Under the pieces are notes generated by a model. The model saw only the letters and a list, made by a program, of their open reading frames with translations, made no database searches and was not told the DNA's origin. Both the position numbers and the translations under genes were made by a program. 64,000 nt of DNA from Lingula anatina (Eukaryota; Animalia; Brachiopoda): the NCBI GenBank assembly GCA_051362555.1, contig CM120645.1, positions 4,774,001-4,838,000 on the forward strand, given 5' to 3'. Of this stretch, positions 11,065-25,745 are shown piece after piece; position 1 is the first letter of the stretch; each line of letters begins with the position of its first letter.

Positions 11065-11420
11065 ATAATCTATGTTTGCAGCGAATCCCCCTCACAAAAA
11101 ACAAACACGTTATCCACAACCGGTAGCTCGAGATCTAAACTAAAACCGCGCGATCGTGTTATTTTGGGATTCTGGGAAATTCAATCACGTGACAACATCT
11201 GGGGCCCGCTGATTGGATACCACGCAGAAACCTCACGAAACAACGTGTACGGAGGTTCCAAGAATAAAAATCCAGAGTTAAAAGATGATCATCAATTTCA
11301 AATGGGAGGGCGTATTTTTTTCTTTTGAAAAAGTCGATCATTTTTGTCACAATGACATAAAACATTGATCACATGTTGATGCACGGTGCCGCGTTTTCCC
11401 GGCCAAAAGGGAGTGCTGCA
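10700..11420 (-). promoter_or_regulatory. Promoter, first exon and proximal intron of the SAMD9-like gene
   Basis: Local CpG enrichment, donor ATG|GTATGT at 11062/11061, E-box CACGTG 11186-11191, kB-like GGGAAAATTCC 10702-10712 and GGGAAATTCA 11174-11183, IRF-E-like AAAAGCGAAACC (minus) 10748-10759. Confidence 0.55.
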
Positions 11421-11815
11421 GAGTGATATTCAATTAGAAAATGCTTCTTTAAATTTTGCGTCAGTTTATCCATTAAACGAAAACAATTGAAAAACTTTTG
11501 GTGTGTACAATTTTTACTCCATCTTCCAAACAAACCAAAATATTTTTGAGATTAAATGATTAAATGATTAAATGACACATGATTAAATGACACAGTTTTT
11601 CACACTTAATTTTGTTTTACCCTATGTCAACTTCCCCCTTTATTCTTTCATTAAAAATTACTGAATCCATGCAGATTTTCCAGAATATTTATGGATGTTG
11701 TCCTATCAAAAGACAAAACATCTTACCAGCTTTTGTCACTGATGGCTTTAGTGTCTGATCTTGTTCTTTACTTCAAGCTTTGTATATAATAAACTCACAT
11801 AAGAATTGACACTAT

Positions 11816-12002
11816 GGGCACATTCCCATAGATTTTAGATCGATCTATCCCCGATAATCCGGCTTAAATGTTTGTCCCGCCTACTACAAGCTGTAAGGGG
11901 GTAATTGACTTTAGTGCCCGCGCGGCTGACAACTATTTAGCATGAACTCCCAGGGAGTTAGGTCAATCTAGTTGGATTGATCTAATCTCTGGGAATGGGG
12001 GT
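11816..12002. mobile_element. MITE (~190 bp), copy A
   Basis: Termini cattcccatagattttagatcgatcta / attgatctaatctctgggaatg are inverted; the body matches 18552-18779 in reverse orientation. Confidence 0.75.
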
Positions 12003-12100
12003 CTACGTATACGCATGTAACAATTACATACAAAATCCTTTACAGTTCAAACAACTGAAATGATCAAAGAACAAGTTCAAGTTACACGAGATATAAAACC

Positions 12101-12106
12101 TTTATT
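12101..12106 (-). promoter_or_regulatory. Probable polyadenylation signal (AATAAA) of the HMGB gene, implying a ~2-kb 3' UTR
   Basis: tttatt on + strand; U/GU-rich sequence downstream on the minus strand; AU-rich UTR-like sequence up to the stop at 14124. Confidence 0.45.
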
Positions 12107-13355
12107 TTTCTATCGCTTCAAATACAAGTCAGAAGCTTTCTACAAGACAATTCAGAATTTTGTTTACAATTTTAACTAAAACATGACAATTTAAAGCTGA
12201 CAAATCTTGTATGCTTTTAAGAGATTTCTAAATTTTGAGTAAACATTCTTTTTTGTGTACATACAAATCCTGAATGATATATTATCTTGGTCAATATTTT
12301 TTTAACCAACAGTACAATAGCAGTTCTTATATCCATCATATCAGGTGGAGGGTTGCCTCAAAAACTGGCCTCAACATTGAAAAAAAATTCAATTTAAAAA
12401 CACTGTCTGTACACAATAGCACAATCTCTACAAATAATGACATAATTGTGACCACATTATTTTAAAAATAAAAATTAAAAACATCCATTTTTTAAAGTTG
12501 TAATGGTTTTGTTCAGTGAAAGAGAAGATATGTCAGCAATTCAAGACAAAAAGTTAGCAATATTTTTTTCTAATCAACAAAGAGCAATTGATGTCCTATT
12601 TCTTTCCCTAAAGCTGGCACTGGTACAGATTGCACAGACAATTCTTAAATTTTAAAGCATTACACCACTCCACATTTAAAGTGTACATTCAATTTTGTAA
12701 ATTCTAAAGGGGGAAAAAATCTGGAAAGGGTGCTCTGCAATGGACAGTGACAAAAGTATATTTCATAAGTATCCCTGAGCAGATATGTATGTTCATGGAC
12801 AAGCAACCATATCATCCTCTACAAGTATTACATTCCAGCAAAAATCAACAAAAATTCTCACAAGTCTGGTTTTATGATTCATGACATTTAATTTTCTTGC
12901 CAGTTTTAGTTTTCAAAATAATACAATCACTGTTGATTTTAAACAGCAATATTTTTTTCAATCTTGCTTGCAGAAAACCATGCACACTTATTTAAAAGGC
13001 AGTATACAGGATTGACATTATTACAAATCTCTCCTCTTTAACTTTCAAAGATTTGTACTTATTCCAAAGATACCCCAAACTTGGTTAAAGCAATGAAACT
13101 GGCACCGTTCTGAAATTGCATTTTTAAGCAAAGCAAATATTGCCTTGTGAATGCAAGTAACAGTTCACACAGTCCAAAAAACAAATTAATATGGTGGTTC
13201 TGAGGTTTGACCCTGCTGTATTTGATGAGCAGAAGGTTGCACGACGTTTTTGTTGACGTAGAAGTTTCTTCTGCTCCAAAATCCTGTATACTGTCTCTTG
13301 AAAGAGAATGACATTTTGTTCAAAAAGATTTTGGGGTTTCACATGCAATAACAGC

Positions 13356-13359
<4 letters not shown>

Positions 13360-13396
<37 letters not shown>
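13360..13396. repeat. Poly(A) tract (poly-U in the HMGB 3' UTR)
   Basis: ~37 consecutive A. Confidence 0.95.
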
Positions 13397-13397
<1 letters not shown>

Positions 13398-14123
13398 ATC
13401 CATTTGTGGAAAAATTATCCAGATTCAATGTTCAGATGACAAAAAAAGTTGAATAAGTAGATTAGAAAATTGAGGTCACATGACTAATCAAATAATAATA
13501 AAAATGAATATATATGTATAAGTATGCACACTACAAACATGTACTTTTTTTTTTACAGAATTCAGACTCCTGGGACTACAACCAGTGTTCTCCAGCATCT
13601 TCTTTTACATTATCCATATGTAGTGGCCCACACAGTAGACCATATGACCCTGGTTAAGGATAAGTCTGACTACAGCATCTACTTGGAATGACCACCTGCT
13701 GTGGATACATCCAGATACATAATAACACTACAGACTGGAGAGCTCTATTCCACTGCAGTTTGCACTTCCAAGATATTTTATTTTTCAATCTGCAGACTAG
13801 ATAAGGTGGCTACTTCATAAGTCACTAGTTAAGCTCCAGAGTCAATCAGCTTTTCTTCACTCTCTCTAACACAATTAAGTAGCTGAACTGTCCAGGTTCA
13901 CCGTGTTATGCTGTGAGCTTTTCCCAGTTTTCCATTTCTAGAAAACTTACCATCATTCCCATGGTGTATAGGTTCCAATGACTCCCATTTTCAATTCACG
14001 TCCTCACAAACCTTATCATTTTTTAATTCTGGAGAAAGAAGTCGTAGCTCATGACCAGATCAAAATAAATGCACGTTGTTTCAGATCTTTCCACCTACTC
14101 TACTATAAAAAAAGTTATTTGAT

Positions 14124-17571
<3,448 letters not shown>

Positions 17572-17599
17572 TCTGCAGAAGCACCGATAATCAACAACC

Positions 17600-18065
17600 T
17601 AAAAGGTGTTTGGATCAGATATCTGCCTTTCCTATTCCTTCTTTACCGTCCCTTAAATGTGTAGCTATATTCACTCAACTTTTTGATTTAGACTAACAAG
17701 CTCTAGTCACGTGACCTGCAGAAGCCGCTACCGAGGCACGCATAATCGAGCTAGCAGAAATTTCGATTCATAAAAGCAATCAGTTTGGCAACAAATTAAA
17801 ATTTAAACCAATATCTCATCAAAACACCAATTTTCTGACTTATTGCTTTATTCTTTGGACTTCGGCGACTTAACAGCTCCGTTTTAACGATCAAATGTTA
17901 TTTGAGTTTGATTGATGTTGCCTTAAGCGGAAATGCTTCTCGCGCACGCGCTGTTTACCGGAACTTCGATTGAAATGGAGGTCGTTGACGGGAAAGTTTG
18001 AAAATATTATTAAACAAGATGTTTTCATTGAAAGAAAAAGACTCTCCCTATCACTGGTTTCTATG
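17600..18065. promoter_or_regulatory. CpG-rich bidirectional promoter (HMGB on minus, unidentified gene on plus)
   Basis: Palindromic E-box GTCACGTGAC 17706-17715, CCAAT 17808 and 17827, ETS-like GCGGAAAT/CCGGAAC, NRF1-like CGCGCACGCGC 17941-17951; strong donors point outward on both strands (17567 minus, 18066 plus ATG|GTGAGT). Confidence 0.65.
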
Positions 18066-18551
18066 GTGAGTACTACGAGAAGTATGTTCTAGCTCTTAGG
18101 TTTGAATGTTTCGTTCTTATTTCAATGGGAATCATTAGAAATCATTAAAATTCCCCGTCGAAATAATTAGGTCACGCATATTTTTCAAAACAATCATCGC
18201 CATTCAACCATTGAAATTAGTACAATAATGATAGGAACGACACTGCCATAGATACCAAGAAGCCAAATAAAATGAAGCCGACATCAGAATATTTGCATTT
18301 AATTTTCAAATGAGCCCATATACATAAAAAACAAAGATCCATTCCCTACATTATTTTAGGCCCACCCTGGACTAGGCTATATAGCGTGTGGGCAGTTAAT
18401 TAAATTACCTGCATCACTGCAAAAGTAGTTGTTATAACTGGGATACCTTTACCCTGTAAATGAATGCATATAGGAAACGTTATCTGGGAGGCGAAAACTG
18501 TGGTTTGGTGATTGGATCATAATATTGTAGTGGCCAAACGGGGTTGTCCCA

Positions 18552-18779
18552 GGGTGCTTTCCCAGAGATTTAGATCGATCTAAAGATTAAGTTTTAGATC
18601 GACCCAACTCCCTGGGGGTTCACACTAAATTGCAGTCAGCCGAGCAGGCACCATAGTTAATTACCCCCTTACAGCTTTCAGTAGGCGGGACAGACGCTTA
18701 AGCCGGCCAAGCTGACAGTAATCTAGTGAGACTCCCCACAGGGATAGATCGATCTAAAAATCTATGGAAATGGGGTCCC
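18552..18779. mobile_element. MITE (~230 bp), copy B (same family as 11816-12002, inverted)
   Basis: Termini ttcccagagatttagatcgatcta / tagatcgatctaaaaatctatggaaatgg; shared core aactccctggg...aattacccccttacagct...gtaggcgggaca. Confidence 0.75.
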
Positions 18780-18780
18780 A

Positions 18781-19115
18781 GCCTCTGATGGCATTCAGAA
18801 CAAAGTGATCTGTGGACTAACAGGTCAGCAGACTTAGTCTAAATAGACATTGCATGTGAATGAAGCCTTAATATGGCCAACTCACTTAAAAGCAGCACCG
18901 GTTAACCCTCTGATGGCCTTTCCTGCCTCCACATGTGCTGTCGCTGCAGGGGCCTTGCAATTAAACCTTGGAGCCAAGATTCAATCTTTAATGGCCCAAG
19001 TAGAGGCAGGGAGACCATCAGGGGATGTTTAGCTGCTTTTATGTGGGGTTGCCATATTTAGTCTGAGGATCAGTTAGTCTATGGATCAGCTGTTTTTAAT
19101 GCGCTCTCAGAAGGT
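18781..19115. repeat. Degenerate long inverted repeat (old fold-back element) with a 30-bp Harbinger-MITE terminus in its left arm
   Basis: Left arm (gatctgtggactaac...atatggccaactcacttaaaagcagc...ctgatggcctttcctgcctc) pairs with right arm (gaggcagggagaccatcag...gctgcttttatgtggggttgccatat...gttagtctatggatc). 18841-18870 matches the right end of 62671-62927. Confidence 0.6.
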
Positions 19116-19394
19116 ATAGCACTTGCACAGCACTCGCATGGTAACGGGTGTCACAGGTTTGATCCCCAGTCAAGTCAGGTATTTTCTCTCAAATCATTCA
19201 ATATTAAGTGGTAAGGTTTAAAATTTTAATCCCCCATTGGGTCATCCTAAAGTGCACATGCAATAGAAAAAACAAGTTCAGTCATAAGTAAACACGGGAA
19301 ACAATTTTTAAGAAAAGAAAAAAAAAAGGTAATTAAATATAAAAGCAAATTATATTGCTAGGTAACTGATATTGATGATCCAACTTAACAAATT

Positions 19395-19600
19395 GGTACA
19401 GCTTGTTTATGTCGTGGCATCAGATTCATTCACCAGCAAGTGCAGTGAAAATCAAATCATGCCAGTTTCTAAAGTTTGATCAGTGATAATATACTAGTAA
19501 CCTAGTAATATATTTCACTGTACATCATCCTACTTTCACTATCAGTATCAAAAGCCTTGGTGTAATCAATGAATTAAGGAGGTACATGTTTGAGAACTCC
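19395..19600 (-). mobile_element. Highly degenerate LINE (RTE-like) reverse-transcriptase fragment
   Basis: Minus strand 19541-19573 translates to FIDYTKAFDT, the non-LTR RT F(I/L)DxxKAFD motif; INKLYQ lies further downstream; no continuous ORF. Confidence 0.4.
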
Positions 19601-20146
19601 TAGGCTATGTCAGCAGATATATACTATAACATGATCATGTATTACCATGGAAAAGAGCTAGACATAGTAAACATCCTTACAGGTAACACCCCCCACCCAC
19701 CTTGTTCATACTTGGGACTATAGCATGAGCAGTAAGGAACAGCAATATTTCTGTTATCTATATACTTGTTTGAATTAACCAAGCTATTTTATTTGAAGTT
19801 TAGCTGTCATTAGATTTTATAAGAAGAATCTGACAGAGTAAAAAATTAAGTCAAAGTAATGATATTCACAGTATAGATTGGGAAAGATAAGTTTTGAAAG
19901 CAAGTAGCTTTAAAAACTTATCTTTTCCAACAAGGCTTTCCCCAGAGAGTCATCCGGCCACTGACCTGACAAGATGATCTACATTTTTAAAGACGTCTGG
20001 ACGACTTACAATATGGAATTATTGGGAAATTATGGTATATTTATAGTTGGACTCCCTATAAAATTACAGATTAACATTTTGGATTCCCTGTACCCAAAAT
20101 CCTGGGGAAACCCCTGTTTGAAAGATAAAAACATTACCAATGCACA

Positions 20147-21938
20147 TTTTTATGTACAGACACAGATGTGTCTGTACATATTGCCATCACCTGCGTCTGT
20201 CGTCGCCGTCGCTGTCGCCGTCGTCGCCGTGCACTTTCCTTGTAAACGTGATAAGTGGAAGACAGTTTTACTTTTTGGCTTTATATTTACAGAGCTGATG
20301 AATATTCATAAAATGCAGGTCAAGTTCGAAAAACAGCATGATCGGGCCATTTTTGTAGAAGTTATGCTGTTTTTTCACTTTTCAGCATATATGCAACACT
20401 GTAAACACATTTCAACAAAAACCAATAAGCCTGTTGTCATGAAACTCACAGGAAAAATTGATCTTACTAAAACGCAGGTCAAGTTCGAAAATCGGCATGA
20501 TCGGGCCACTATTTTAGTAGTTATGCTTTTTTTTTCACTTTTCAGCATATATGCAACACTGTAAACACAATATAAGAAAAACAGATAGGCCAATTGTCAT
20601 TAAACTCACAGGAGTGGTCATTTCTGCTAAAAGGCAGGTTAAGTTCAAAAATCAGCATAATCGGGCCATTATTTTAGAAGTTATGCTGTTTTTTACATTT
20701 CCTTAGATTCAATTCTTAGGCATGTTAACAGTTTCATTATTTAATTAATAAGATATGTAAAAGTGTTTTTTTGACATTTCCTGCATCTTTACAACATTGT
20801 TAGTTGATTTTGTAAAAATGATTTTAAACTTGTTATTGTATATTGTGTAATAAAGTTACAAAAATGGAAATAAACTCATATCATTGCAGTTTGTCAGACT
20901 GAATCATTCACTATGTTCAGAATCTCAGAATGGAAGAAATTGGACATTTAACACTGCTCTATTGATATTTTTCCCATCTCATCAATTTTCTTAGTTGGTC
21001 ATTTAAAAATTGCAGTAAACTGTTAATTTTGTTTTATGTTAAAAATTGTTAAAAATGGAAATAAACCCATTTCAGAACAGTGCTGTCTTGTTTACATTTT
21101 GGCATTTTCAAGTTGTGACTTTGAAGTTCCATGGGCCTGAAGACCTTTGCTAGTCACATTTTCTGAATATCCATGATACTAATATTTTATTATTAAAAAT
21201 TGATGGTCATTATGCTGTTAAAAATTATGTAATATTGCATCAAAATTTGAAAAAAAACTAATTTGGGCACTGCTCCCATTGTGACCATTTAAGAAAAACC
21301 ATGTCAATTACTGTTCTCAAACAGTATAGTAAATATATATAAATGTGTCTGTACATATTGCCATCACCTGTGTCTGTCGTCGCCATCATCGCCGACGCCG
21401 GCGCCGTGCACTTTCATTGTAAACATGATAAGTGGAAGGCAGTTTTACTTTTGGGCTTTATATTTATAGAGCTGATGAATTTTCATAAAATGCAGGTCAA
21501 GTTCGAAAATCAGGATGATCGGGCCATTATTGTAGAAGTTATGCTTTTTTTTCACTTTTCAACATATATGCAACACTGTAAACACATTTCAAGGAAAACC
21601 AATAGGCCTGTTGTCATGAAACTCTCAGGAGTAATCGATCTTACTAAAACGCAGGTCAAGTTCGAAAATCGACATGCAGCCTGAGTTGGAAAAGCAGTCT
21701 AATTGGCTTCTTTTTCTGGAAGTTATACATTTTCAAAGTGTGAACTTGAACTCCCATGGGCCTGAATCCTTATGCTTGTTACACATTTAACTTACGTTGG
21801 TATTACCTGTTGAGCATAATTAAAATTTGATGTTGAATTTGCAGTTTAACATAATGTACTTTTGCATCAGAATTGACAGTAGCCTTTTTTGTAATTTCCT
21901 GCTTTTTGTCTGTACATTTGACAGCTTTGCTGCCTTGT
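20147..21938 (+). mobile_element. Helentron-associated non-autonomous element (HINE), copy 2, most complete
   Basis: ttttt-atgtacagaca-cagat-gtgtctgtacat head, (gtcgcc)n, ~160-bp tandem units (caggtcaagttcgaaaa-like at 20316, 20475, 20635), second head at ~21343, 3' subTIR tgtctgtacat plus stem-loop and ttgt end. Confidence 0.88.
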
Positions 21939-24900
21939 CTAACTTGTGCAGGACCATGCATTTCATGAAGACCTTCATTTGCTAGAAAGTTCAATGATTG
22001 AACATTCATAGAGCTTTATAATACAACTTAGAGATAATAAATATATTGCATTTATTAAATATGAGAGTGGTGATTGATTTCATGTCCTTTATATAGAATA
22101 AACGATTACTGCTGAAAGACTTATTGGGCAGCTGTGGTAAGTGTATTCCCAGTATTATCACTACTAAGAAACACATTTGCCATCTGCAGTGCCCCACTAG
22201 AAGAAAAAAAAAAAATTCACTTTCAGTAAAAAGTCCAGTCACTTCAGCTGTGAAGGTTATCTAGAGGTCTGTAGTAATTAAAAACTGCTTCTAGTGATGG
22301 CTTTTGATTCTTTTGCTTGTAGACCTTCAAACGGACCATGAGAGAAATCACACCAGATACTACAGCCTGGTATATATCCAATTTACAGTGGGTTCTCATC
22401 ATTATCATGCATTTTGACAAAGCTAATACAGTGGACAGATGCATTCTGGAGTCCTTTGCCAGTCCATAGCATTGCCGTCAGTGTTATCTTTGCTCCTGGT
22501 CTCTCAATGCAGTGGAAAAGATACTAGTAGTTGCATTCTGATGCTCCATACCCATTCAAATCCTTCATTATCAGCACCATTATCCATGATCTGGGCCCTC
22601 TTTGATGCTGATGGTGCCAATGCATTGGACAGTGTAATCTCGACTCTTTATCTAGCCAATATACAGTATCATCAATCTGGAGTTCACCTGTGGTCATGTT
22701 TTTACTAGCACTGTACTGTGTAAATCCCTCACCATGTATTTTACACCATAGAGTATTTTAGGTAATATCATTGATACTGTGTTCTTTATTGGAATCATTT
22801 AAATCTTAAGGCCCTTACCATGGGTAATTGCAATTGAAATGCACATGTAATCTATTGATTCAGACTGCAAAAATCAATTGCGCACAATAATTTCCCATCT
22901 CATTGACAGTATATTTATCTGGGTCTTTACAGCAAGATTTGTATTTTCAGCTGACCATTTATTTGAGGTGTCATTGAGGATCAATTTTTACCCCCTTTGG
23001 CTCATCTATGAATGGAATTTATGAACTTGTATTATTTATTTACATGTTCTTGTTACTATGCTTAAATGATGAATAAAACATGATATACAGATAATATTTT
23101 GAAAAATACATGCTTTTTTTCTTTTCACAATGCACATTGGAATTGCCTACCTTTTCCATGCAGTGCAATTTTTCTGTTTCGTACAATTATAAATTTTGAG
23201 AGATTTTTCCATGCAGTACAGTTATAATAAATTCTGCATGGTACAGTTATTAATTTTCAAACATTTTTCCACACAGTTTGATTATTCGGGCAGTACAATT
23301 ATTTGGAACTTCAGAGTAATGTGCTTAAAGCCATTTGCTCATTTGGTGTTCACCTCAGATTAAGCCAGCACTATATAAGGACAGCTAAGGCTGGTTTGTA
23401 GAATATATTCATCAATTCATAGCCCTTGGTCAAAATCCCCTCTTGAGAAATGTCCAGTTTGTACCAATATTCTGTAAATTGTGGACTCAAATCATTTGGA
23501 ACATGTGTTGTTGTGTTGTGGTTCAATGTCTTGTGTACATCTGTAGGTTTTAGTTATAGATCTGTAGACTCAAAGAGAGAGAAGTACGTTACCAGCAGCC
23601 TGCTTTATCAACTTTGAGGATGAGGAAAAAATTCTGTTTGATTGAATTCCGAGATTGAAGATATACTAGTATATGTCTACAGAGGGAAGTGAGGGGAATG
23701 TATGGTCTTATTCTTTGTGCAAATCATTGGTTTTAAGATACATTTCTCCAAGAGGCACTGACAAATAGATGAGATATGGATGCATGAATCCATGGCAAGG
23801 AATAGAGACTTGTTCACCAAGCTTACTAGTATTTTCTGCAATGAGCTGTTTTTCGTCCTCTGTTGAAAAAACCTGACTAATGAAAGTAAGTACTAGTATA
23901 TTTATCCTACACCTTAAGAGTTTTTTATTGATGAGTCATGATTCCTGAGTGTGTGATTATAATGTTTGTTCTTTAATGTATTTGGAAGATGAAGACTGTC
24001 ATTGGAATTATAAGGCAGTGGTGCAGATAATTAATCCTATCATGATTTAAAAAACTCTTTAGAATATTTTTTAAGGTAAATTGCAATTTATCCTGTCACA
24101 ATAGAAAGCAGGATTAACGTACATTATATAAGGTGACATCTACATGACATGTTCGATGTAATGAATCCAACTTTTAGCAGTTTTTCTCTTATTGGATTTA
24201 ACAGTAAATCTCTTGTTGCACTGGTTGAGATAAAAAAGTAATTGCTGTGATCACATTTTATATCACTCTCTATTAGAAAGGGACATTTAACATGGAAGAA
24301 ACCATCAATTATAAATTGGCAATGATTCTCATGCGTGCACAATGGCGAGATAAAACCTGCAATCAATTTTCTCAAGTGGAGAATCCCCGAGTTATCATTT
24401 TCTTGTCCTGAACACAAACTTGGTATTTAGAAAGTCGATTTAGATATGTTGGATTGCTCATGAGGCATTTAGGTACATGCCAAAATACATTCCTTTGAGA
24501 AGATAAGAAGAGGATGAAGTGAATATCATTACTACCTTCACTCTACTGTGTGGAAATCAGGCCATGTTTTTAATGTGTATAACTGATCTTATTTTGTTAG
24601 GATATGTCAGCACACTGTGCATAGTAAGCTTAAGACATTTTACACTTCAAAATAAGACAAAAATAGGAAATTATCGTTAAGACCTATAGAAAAGAATATC
24701 CATTTAAAAAAGCAATGACTGTTAAGATATCATTAAAAACATTTATTGATAATAAATATTAATTTTAGAAAAGCAGTGTTGTCAAGAGAGTCACACACAG
24801 CAAGTATGCAACAAGTTGCATGTTTGACATTTTGTTTAAAACAATCAATGTTAGGTCATATGCAAAAAGCAATGGTGAATCAATACATGGATGTAACATT

Positions 24901-25745
24901 GATATTTTTTATTTGGAAAATAAGATCATTGTTGCTGGTAGGTTGGGCTGATTTGGTTCTGAGTGTCTGAGTACAGTGTGATATTTTAGTATTTTTGTGA
25001 GGATGTTTCAACTTACAGATTTTAGCATAGATGTTTATGAATTTGTACTTTTTGTAAAGTCAGATGATAGTAAAGATCATGGTGATTTTCATCAAGGGAG
25101 CTAAATATTGTGATGATTTATCATTACTGTTATACCTTCAATTCGTTTGCAATATTTCTTGGTTTTGTGATGTATTATTCAAAACGCTTGGTCATTATTG
25201 GTCATTTGAGTTTGAGATTGAAATAAGGAATCCAATGAATAAATAGGAATGGCACGAGAAATTTTATGATAAGAAAAGATAATATACTTTGGATGTAAAT
25301 TAAGACAAATACGTGACTACTACTGCCCACATTTATTGAAAAGGTTTGCTGTAAGATAAGTGATTTGGTTTCAAAGAAAAAGGAGACAGTTGAAATATGG
25401 AGTCATGACTACCATCAAGGGAAATATAGAAAGTCACAGCATACTTGGGAAAACTGTGTCATTTTTACGATTGATTAAGTAGTAAATTTATTTGTTCTTC
25501 CAATTGCAATTTCTGTCCGCTGTTACATGTGGTATTATCAATTGACTGAGACCTGTCCCAGGTCTCAAAACAATGTGAGATTTTTTTATGAATATCTTCA
25601 ATTTTAATTTCATTTCAATTTCAGTTTGGAGAATATAAATTGGATTCTAAAAATATACTTAACTCTCTATTCAGAGAAATGTTGTTTTTTTTTCAGAATT
25701 TGAAGAATTTTCAAATTACTGGGTAATTCCGGTCGACTGGGTATG

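Noticed and set aside
13360-13396. Poly(A) as evidence that HMGB is a retrocopy
   Set aside because: HMGB has five introns and the tract is poly-U on its sense strand.
19120-19180. tRNA gene
   Set aside because: Only a degenerate B-box-like motif; no cloverleaf can be folded. At most a SINE remnant.
20300-20700. Regularly spaced caggtcaagttcgaaaa motifs as a CRISPR-like array
   Set aside because: The intervening sequences are homologous to each other (160-bp tandem units), not unique spacers; eukaryotic context with no cas genes.
19974-21684. Recurrent 'MCLYILPSPASVVA...' ORFs (also 5604-5843, 6359-6628, 25765-26163) as a peptide family
   Set aside because: They are chance translations of the HINE head, microsatellite and core repeat, with variable frames and stops between copies.
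22240-22710. Coding-like composition suggesting a decayed gene or TE fragment
   Set aside because: Stops interrupt the minus-strand frames I read and no motif is recognisable; cannot be supported without a search.
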